64,000 nucleotides of DNA from Alphaproteobacteria bacterium (GTDB taxonomy: Bacteria; Pseudomonadota; Alphaproteobacteria; MPNO01; UBA830). The stretch spans positions 1,920,001 to 1,984,000 of the forward strand of contig OZ219791.1 of NCBI GenBank assembly GCA_964291215.2. Direction: 5' to 3'. The position numbers were made by a program, and so were the translations under genes. Below, piece after piece: positions 57,478 through 64,000 of the stretch. Under the pieces are notes generated by a model, which searched no databases, was not told the origin of the DNA, and was given only the letters and a program-made list of their open reading frames with translations. Position 1 is the stretch's first letter, and the number at the start of each line of letters is the position of its first letter.

Positions 57478-58374
57478 ATGCCGTCATCCGATTCGCAATC
57501 CGGTTCGTTGCCGCCGCTCCTGTTCGCTACCGTCGCGGCGGCATTCATCTTCCTGTGGGCCAGCGGCTTCATTGCCGCCAAGTACGGCCTTCCCTACGCG
57601 GAACCCTTTACGCTGATGGCTTGCCGCTTCGCGGTCGGGGCGGCCATATTCCTCCCGGCCTGCGTGCTGCTTCGCGCCGCCTGGCCGAAGGACGGGCGCG
57701 AGACGTTTCATATTCTTGCCGCGGGTTTCGGCATCCAGACTGTATATCTGATCGGCGTCTATTACGGAATCTGGTTCGGAATATCGACCGGCCTCACGGC
57801 GCTTGTGGTCGGGCTGCAGCCGCTTCTCACCGGCGTTCTCTCCGGCCATGTGCTCGGCGAGACGGTCACGCGCCGCAACTGGATTGGCCTCGTGCTCGGA
57901 TTCGCCGGGCTGGTCTTCGTGATCTGGGACAAGATTGCCTCTCCGGCGGAGGCCCTTTGGGGCCTTGCAATGCTCGTGCTCGGCCTTGCCGCGATAACGG
58001 CGGGCACCCTCTACCAGAAGCGCTTCTGCGGCGAGTTCGACGTGCGGACGGGCGTCGCGCTGCAGAACGTCATGTCCTGCATCGTCATGCTCGTTCTTGC
58101 CGCGACCTTCGAGACCATGGAAATCGACTGGACCGGCGCCTTCGTCTTCGCCGTCCTGTGGTCGGCCATCGGCCTGTCCGTCTTCGGGATCGCGCTCTAT
58201 TACTGGCTGGTGCAGCGTGGCGCCGCAGCGCGGGTCACGAGCCTCATCTATCTCAGTCCCCCGACGACGGCGCTCATGGGATGGGCCGCTTTCGGCGAGG
58301 TTCTCTCGTGGAAGATCCTGGTGGGCATGGTGCTGGCGATGACCGGCGTGGCGCTCGCCGTGCGGGCAAGATGA
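57478..58374 (+). CDS. DMT/EamA family transporter
   Basis: FLWASGFIAAKYGLPYAEPFT, LQPLLT, GTLYQKRF. Confidence 0.92.
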   Translation: MPSSDSQSGSLPPLLFATVAAAFIFLWASGFIAAKYGLPYAEPFTLMACRFAVGAAIFLPACVLLRAAWPKDGRETFHILAAGFGIQTVYLIGVYYGIWFGISTGLTALVVGLQPLLTGVLSGHVLGETVTRRNWIGLVLGFAGLVFVIWDKIASPAEALWGLAMLVLGLAAITAGTLYQKRFCGEFDVRTGVALQNVMSCIVMLVLAATFETMEIDWTGAFVFAVLWSAIGLSVFGIALYYWLVQRGAAARVTSLIYLSPPTTALMGWAAFGEVLSWKILVGMVLAMTGVALAVRAR

Positions 58375-58949
58375 CGGCCGGGCGGCGCCACCGGCTGGAA
58401 ATCGCGGAGCCCGGCGGTTTCTGGTTCTTCGCCTATGGCTCGCTCATGTGGGATCCGTCGTTTCGTCCCGCGGAGGCGCACGCGGCGAGGATATTCGGCT
58501 GGCATCGCGCCTTCTGCGTAAGCTCGGAGACCTACCGCGGCACCCCCGACCGGCCGGGCCTGACGCTCGGCCTCAGGCGCGGCGGGTCGTGCACCGGCCT
58601 CGCATTGCGGGTTGCGGCCGCCGACCGCGATGCTGCGATACGGGCGATCGAGGTCCGCGAGATGGACGACGATCCGATCTATCTCTGCCGGCGCGTGACG
58701 CTGCATGTGGAGAAGCGGCAGGTGCCCGGCTATACTCTTGTGACCAATCACGAGGATCGCATATTCGCCGGCGGGCTGACCTTCGAGGAGACCGCGGGGC
58801 GCATCGCGGCTTCGGTCGGCGAGCGGGGCACCAATATCGCCTATCTGGCGGAGACGGTTTCGCGGCTGGAAGAGTCGGGCATCGGGCCGCGCCGGCTGCG
58901 CGCCCTTCTCGGCCGGGCAAGGCAGCTGGCCGGCGATGTCGCAGGCTGA
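58371..58949 (+). CDS. chaC: Gamma-glutamylcyclotransferase (ChaC family)
   Basis: WFFAYGSLMWDP, YRGTPDRPGLTLGL, GTNIAYL. Confidence 0.9.
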   Translation: MTAGRRHRLEIAEPGGFWFFAYGSLMWDPSFRPAEAHAARIFGWHRAFCVSSETYRGTPDRPGLTLGLRRGGSCTGLALRVAAADRDAAIRAIEVREMDDDPIYLCRRVTLHVEKRQVPGYTLVTNHEDRIFAGGLTFEETAGRIAASVGERGTNIAYLAETVSRLEESGIGPRRLRALLGRARQLAGDVAG

Positions 58950-58970
58950 CGTGCCGGGGAGGGCGCGGAG

Positions 58971-59813
58971 ATGAGACTGATCAGCTACCGTCACGGCGGG
59001 CGCGAGGCGTTCGGTATCGTCAAGGGGGACGGCGTTGTCGATATGACCGCGCGGATCGAGCATCCGACGCTCAAGTCCGCGATATCGGGCCTCTCGATCG
59101 GCGAGATGGAACGGCTCGCGGCAGGCGCCGATCCCGACCTCGAGCTCGGCGAGCTGGAATACATGTTTCCGGTCACTGCGCCCGACAGCATCTTCTGCGT
59201 CGGGCGCAACTATCGCGCCTATCACGAGGTGCTTGATGACGGCGGGCCGGAATGGCCGAGCATCTTCGCGCGTTTTCCGGCGAGCTTCTCGGCCCACGGC
59301 CAGGAGATCTTCCGGCCGACCGTGTCCGAGCAGCTCGACTATGAGGGCGAGATCGGGGTGATCATCGGCAAGGCAGGGCGCCACGTGCCGGAATCCCGGG
59401 CACTCGACCATGTCGCGGGATACACCATCATCAATGAAGGCAGCGTGCGCGACTGGCAGAGCAAGGGCACGCAGAACTGTCCGGGCAAGAATTTCTACCG
59501 GTCCGGGGCCATCGGGCCGTGGATGGTGACCAGGGACGAGATCGACGATCTCGACGCACTCCGGATCAGGACCACCGTCGACGGCGAAGTGCGTCAGGAC
59601 GGCAGCAGCGAGATGATGATCTTCAAGATACCGTTCGTCATTGCGCACATATCGAAATTCACGTGGTTGTCGCCGGGCGACGTCATCGCCACCGGATCCC
59701 CCGGCGGCTCGGCCGTCGAGGGAACACCGCCGCGCTGGCTGGCGCCCGGGCAGACGGTCAGCGTCGAGATCGAACCGATCGGCGTCCTCAGCAACACGGT
59801 GGCGGCCGAGTAG
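58971..59813 (+). CDS. Fumarylacetoacetate hydrolase family protein
   Basis: CVGRNY, LDYEGE, NEGSVRDWQ, PGKNF, PGDVIATGSPGG. Confidence 0.93.
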   Translation: MRLISYRHGGREAFGIVKGDGVVDMTARIEHPTLKSAISGLSIGEMERLAAGADPDLELGELEYMFPVTAPDSIFCVGRNYRAYHEVLDDGGPEWPSIFARFPASFSAHGQEIFRPTVSEQLDYEGEIGVIIGKAGRHVPESRALDHVAGYTIINEGSVRDWQSKGTQNCPGKNFYRSGAIGPWMVTRDEIDDLDALRIRTTVDGEVRQDGSSEMMIFKIPFVIAHISKFTWLSPGDVIATGSPGGSAVEGTPPRWLAPGQTVSVEIEPIGVLSNTVAAE

Positions 59814-59841
59814 GCGATCGGCGGCGGGGCGGGAGGAGAGC

Positions 59842-60684
59842 ATGCGGCTTGCGAATTTCGTTCACGACGGGCGCGACTGCTTCGGCGCGGTGGTTGATGG
59901 CGGCGTCGTCGACCTGACGGAGCGGCTCGTCGGCGGCCTGGCGGACAATCTTCCGCCGGACCGGCTGGCGGCGGCGCGGGAGCTGGTTTCGGGCGCAGAG
60001 GCCGATGTCGGTCTTGACGAAATCGACTGGCGGCTGCCGGTGACGGCTTCCCGGAAGATCTTCTGCGTCGGCCAGAACTACGCCAGCCATATTGCGGAGA
60101 TGGGACTTTCGATGCCCGACGCTCCCAGCATCTTTTCCCGCTTTTCGCGTTCGTTCGTCCCGCATCGGGGACACATGGCGATGCCGTCGCATTCCGAGCA
60201 GTTCGATTACGAGGGCGAGCTGACCGCCGTGATCGGACGGCCCGCGCGTCGCGTCGGCGAAGAAGAGGCTCTTGGCCATGTCGCCGGCTACACGATCTGC
60301 AACGACGGCAGCGTGCGCGACTGGCAGCGGCGCGGCCCGCAGGTCGCTCCCGGCAAGAACTGGGAGGAGTCGGGCATGCTCGGCCCGTGGATCACCACGG
60401 CCGACGAAACCGGCGATCCTGCGGACATGACGGTGGTAACGCGCGTCAACGGCGAAGAGCGCCAGCACGGCCACACCGGCGATCTCGTGTTCCCGGTCGC
60501 CTATCTCGTCAGCTACATCTCGACCTTCATCACGCTCGAACCGGGCGACCTCATCACCACGGGATCCCCGCACGGCGTCGCCGCAGGCTTCGATCCGCCG
60601 AAATGGCTGAAACCCGGCGACGAGGTCGAGATCGAGATCTCGCGCGTCGGCACGCTCAGCGCCGATGTCGCGGCGGTGCGGTGA
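59842..60684 (+). CDS. Fumarylacetoacetate hydrolase family protein
   Basis: CVGQNY, FDYEGE, NDGSVRDWQ, PGKNW, PGDLITTGSPHGV. Confidence 0.93.
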   Translation: MRLANFVHDGRDCFGAVVDGGVVDLTERLVGGLADNLPPDRLAAARELVSGAEADVGLDEIDWRLPVTASRKIFCVGQNYASHIAEMGLSMPDAPSIFSRFSRSFVPHRGHMAMPSHSEQFDYEGELTAVIGRPARRVGEEEALGHVAGYTICNDGSVRDWQRRGPQVAPGKNWEESGMLGPWITTADETGDPADMTVVTRVNGEERQHGHTGDLVFPVAYLVSYISTFITLEPGDLITTGSPHGVAAGFDPPKWLKPGDEVEIEISRVGTLSADVAAVR

Positions 60685-60735
60685 CGAGATCGGGCTCTCG
60701 TCGGACCCGGTATCCTTGCGGTGTCGGGGCGGCCG

Positions 60736-61449
60736 TCACGCCGGGCAGGTGAGAAGGCGCCGGTTGCCGGCCCTGATTCGCTCGGCAAGCAGGGCATCGA
60801 ATCGTTTCCGGTCCAGGCCCGGTTCGATGCGGGGTCCGAACTCGATGATCATGGTCCCCGGCTTCTTGACGAAGGCCCGGCGGCTCCAGTAGAGGCCCGT
60901 GTTCAGCGAGACCGGAACCACCGGGACGCCGCAGTGGCGGTAGAGTGCGCCGACGCCGGTGCGTATCTCGAAATCGGCGCCCGGGGCGGACCGGGTCCCT
61001 CCCGGGAAGATCACGACCGGCCGGCCGGACGCCAGAACCGCCGCGGCGTCCTTCAGCATCCTGCGCGCCGAGGCGGCACTTCCCGACCGGTCGATGGCGA
61101 TCATGCCGAAGGCCCGCATGTAGTGCCGGAACAGGGGCAGGCGGGTCAGTTCCATCTTGAGCACATAGACCGGATTGTCGGCGATGGCGAAGAACCCGAT
61201 GGTCTCCCACGCCGACTGGTGCGCCGAGGCGATGATGAAGGCGCCGTCGGGAATGTTCCGGAGACCCCTGAATTCGAAGTCGAGGCCGAGAATTGTCCGC
61301 TGCAGGCGGAAGATGCGGTCGAACCACCATTCCACGCAGCGCCGCGTCACTGCGGATGGCAGGAGAAGCGTGGGCGCATAGGCGACGTACAGCACCCCCG
61401 TGACGCCGAATACCACGATGTTGAAGATCGCCGAACGCAGCAGGTTCAT
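60736..61449 (-). CDS. plsC: Lysophospholipid acyltransferase (PlsC family)
   Basis: HQSAWET, IAIDR, IFPGGTR, VPVSLNTG. Confidence 0.88.
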   Translation of the reverse strand: MNLLRSAIFNIVVFGVTGVLYVAYAPTLLLPSAVTRRCVEWWFDRIFRLQRTILGLDFEFRGLRNIPDGAFIIASAHQSAWETIGFFAIADNPVYVLKMELTRLPLFRHYMRAFGMIAIDRSGSAASARRMLKDAAAVLASGRPVVIFPGGTRSAPGADFEIRTGVGALYRHCGVPVVPVSLNTGLYWSRRAFVKKPGTMIIEFGPRIEPGLDRKRFDALLAERIRAGNRRLLTCPA

Positions 61450-62066
61450 CGCCAGCTGCCGGTGGCGCCATGGTTCAGCATCGCGGCGACGAACTTGTGA
61501 TACTCGGAGATCACGAGGCGGCCTGATCCGCGCCACGGCAGCCAGTCATTGGCGTGGAACCCTTCGGGGAATACGGGATGCGGCTCGATCTCTATGTCTG
61601 CGGGCAGGGTATTGCGGAACTCGAGCAGGCTCCGCGGCATGTGATAGCTCGCGGTCACCAGCCGAAGCGATCTGTACCCCTCCTTGCGCACCCATTTCGC
61701 GGTCTCGTGTGCGTTGCTGCGCGTACTGTGGGCGGCATGATCGATGACGATGCAGCATTCCAGATTGCCTGGGGCCTGGCGCGCGACGCGCAGCAGCGCC
61801 TGGGCGTCGACGCCGCCATGGACGCCGGAAATGAACAGCTTTCCGGCGAATCCGGCCTCAAGGAGCTGCAGCCCCTCGCGGACCCTTCCGGCGCCGCCGG
61901 TAAGGACCACGATGGCGTCGGTCACCTTTGGCGACGCCTGTCCGGGCTCCGGTATCAGTTCGGTGAAACGGTAGAAGCCGAAAAGCCACGCGAACACGAA
62001 CAGCGCAAGCACCAGGAGCCTGCGCAGCCGCCGCGGCCGGCGCCGCCGCCAGAGCCCCCGCTTCAC
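61446..62066 (-). CDS. YdcF/DUF218 family protein
   Basis: DAIVVLTGG..R, LFISGV, STRSNA.ET, LVTASYHMPRS, SEYHK. Confidence 0.9.
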   Translation of the reverse strand: MKRGLWRRRRPRRLRRLLVLALFVFAWLFGFYRFTELIPEPGQASPKVTDAIVVLTGGAGRVREGLQLLEAGFAGKLFISGVHGGVDAQALLRVARQAPGNLECCIVIDHAAHSTRSNAHETAKWVRKEGYRSLRLVTASYHMPRSLLEFRNTLPADIEIEPHPVFPEGFHANDWLPWRGSGRLVISEYHKFVAAMLNHGATGSWR

Positions 62067-62204
62067 CGGCTCCTCGCGGAGCGCGCGCCGGCCATCGTCA
62101 TCGCACGGGCCGGCGCGTGGATGTCGGACCGGCCGGTGCCGGCCGGGGGCTCGGGAAAGCGTCTCTTCGGACTTCGGCGCGGCTGACGCATATGCTGCGC
62201 GGTT

Positions 62205-64000
62205 CTATATCCTGCCAAGGGCTCGCAATATCTTCTGTGGCGTGAACGGCATGTCTGACAATGTCACGGAAAACGGCGAAAGCGCGTCGTTGAGGGCATT
62301 CATGACCGCGGCCGGCGCGCCGCATGTGCCGGCTTCCCCGGCTCCCTTTGCGCCAAGGTCCGAATCGGCCGTCGGGGAGACCGCGTGGCCGCATTCGATG
62401 TCGGGCAGTTCCGCCGCCATCGGGGTCAGGTAGTCCGCCATGTTGGCGTTCAGGATCTGTCCCGCGTCGTCATAGGCGCATTCTTCCCACAGCGCGCCGC
62501 CGATTCCCTGCACCACGCCGCCCCGGATCTGTTCGTCGACGAGCAGCGGGTTGATGACCGTGCCGCAATCCTCGATGCACCAGTGGTCGAGCAGCGTGAT
62601 AAATCCGGTCTCGACATCGACCTCCAGCCAGCACGCCTGGGCGCCGTTGGTGAAGGCGAACGGAAACTTGCGCGGCACGTAGTGCCGGGTTGCCACCAGT
62701 TCCGACTGGAAGCCGTCGGGCAGCGTGTCCGGGCGGTAGTAGCAGATGCGCCCGATCTCATCGAGGCCGATGCGTTCGGCGCCGGACTCGTCGTCGACGA
62801 CCACGCCGCCGCGAATGTCGAGCCGCGCCGCGTCTTCCTGCAGCATCGCTGCCGCCGCGTCCAGTATCTGGAGCCGCAGCGCCCGACCGGCCTGGGCAAC
62901 CGCCTCACCGCCGATTCCGGCAGCCCGCGACGCCCATGTTCCCCCGCCATAGGGCGTGTGCTCGGTGTCCCCGGTGACGATCTTCAGGCGTTCCGGCGGC
63001 ACGCCCACCGCGGTTGCGGCGACCTGCGAGATCACGGCCTCCATGCCTTGGCCCTGTTCCGTTGCGCCGGTGGCGACGAACACGTTGCCCTTGGCGTCAA
63101 GCCGCATCGTGGCGCCGTCCTGGGCCGAGATGCGGGCGCCGCCGACGCCATAGAACATGGCCGACGGGTTGGTCACCTCGATGAAGCTCGCAAAGCCGAT
63201 GCCACGATACACGCCCTCTTTGCGCAGGCGGTCGCGTTCCGCCCTGAGCGCATCGTAGCCCATGGCGTCGACGAGCTTGTTCATGCATTCGTGGTGGGAC
63301 AGGTCCTCGAACAGCATTCCCTGTGCGGACCGGCACGGATAGGAGTCGTCGGCGCGCAGGTTCCGGCGGCGGAACGCCACCGGATCCATGTCGAGGGTGC
63401 GGGCCGCGAGATCGACCAGCCCCTCGGTCACCGCGCACTTGATCGGATGTCCCACGGCGCGGTATTGGCACATCATGTTCTTGTTCTGGAACACGACCGT
63501 GGCCACGGCCCGGTAATTGTCGAAGGCGTAGGGGCCGCCGACCATGTTGACGATCTGGTTGGCCTCGATGCCGCTGGTGCGCGGATACATCGAATAGGGG
63601 CCGATGCCCGTCAGGTCGTCGATCTCGAAGCCGAGAATCTCGCCGTCTCCGGCCACGGCGATGCGCGCCTTGATCCGGTGGTCGCGGGCGTGAATGTCGG
63701 AGACGAAGCTCTCGTAGCGGTCGGCGACGAACTTGACCGGCCGTCTGAGCAGGATCGACAGACCCACGGTCGCTATCTCGTCGGCGTAGGTATGGACCTT
63801 GATGCCGAAGGATCCGCCGACATCCCGCGCGATCACGCGGACCCGGTGTTCGTCGAGGCGGTAGTGTGTTGCGAGGATGTTCTGGATCATGTGCGGGCAC
63901 TGGGTATTGTGCCAGACGGTCAACTGCTCCTCGGACGGGTCCCACTGGGCCAGTATGGCGCGGGGTTCGAGACAGACGCCGGTATGGCGCCCGAAGACGA
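62205..64000 (-). CDS. Xanthine dehydrogenase/CoxL-family molybdopterin subunit (5' truncated by the window edge)
   Basis: VGGSFGIK, QYRAVG, EQGQG, GGTWASR, GAKGAGEAG. Confidence 0.92.
   Translation of the reverse strand, partial: VFGRHTGVCLEPRAILAQWDPSEEQLTVWHNTQCPHMIQNILATHYRLDEHRVRVIARDVGGSFGIKVHTYADEIATVGLSILLRRPVKFVADRYESFVSDIHARDHRIKARIAVAGDGEILGFEIDDLTGIGPYSMYPRTSGIEANQIVNMVGGPYAFDNYRAVATVVFQNKNMMCQYRAVGHPIKCAVTEGLVDLAARTLDMDPVAFRRRNLRADDSYPCRSAQGMLFEDLSHHECMNKLVDAMGYDALRAERDRLRKEGVYRGIGFASFIEVTNPSAMFYGVGGARISAQDGATMRLDAKGNVFVATGATEQGQGMEAVISQVAATAVGVPPERLKIVTGDTEHTPYGGGTWASRAAGIGGEAVAQAGRALRLQILDAAAAMLQEDAARLDIRGGVVVDDESGAERIGLDEIGRICYYRPDTLPDGFQSELVATRHYVPRKFPFAFTNGAQACWLEVDVETGFITLLDHWCIEDCGTVINPLLVDEQIRGGVVQGIGGALWEECAYDDAGQILNANMADYLTPMAAELPDIECGHAVSPTADSDLGAKGAGEAGTCGAPAAVMNALNDALSPFSVTLSDMPFTPQKILRALGRI

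Noticed and set aside
62205-64000. Aerobic CO dehydrogenase large subunit (coxL)
   Set aside because: The active-site loop reads QYRAVG, not AYRCSFR (form I) or AYRGAGR (form II).

Overview
High-GC window with an alphaproteobacterial gene set (split gcvPA/gcvPB, type II thrB, ispH-thrB-rnhA-prx-dsbD-yqgE). It alternates intact host genes with three insertion-sequence graveyards: 1-10082, 17413-20810 and 35357-42803. Host content comprises a putative N-heterocycle/aromatic catabolic cluster (VOC protein, ABC transporters, M24 hydrolase, FAH, amidohydrolase, xanthine dehydrogenase-family enzyme), a glycine riboswitch with gcvTHP, an eroded defence island (TIR protein, RecQ-like remnant, DUF1778/GNAT toxin-antitoxin), housekeeping genes and a TAXI-TRAP transporter. 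The strongest signal is how the IS elements decay. Every IS transposase gene (IS66, IS256, IS4, IS630, IS1634, ISNCY) carries many small, often microhomology-bounded deletions, while ends and target-site duplications mostly survive. Among four copies of one IS66-family element, which carries a DNA methyltransferase remnant, identical deletions are shared in all three possible pairings, and two sites about 45 bp apart show all four haplotypes. This suggests deletion-biased gene conversion or repeat-targeted deletion mutagenesis. Product calls come from motif recognition only; no database searches were run.
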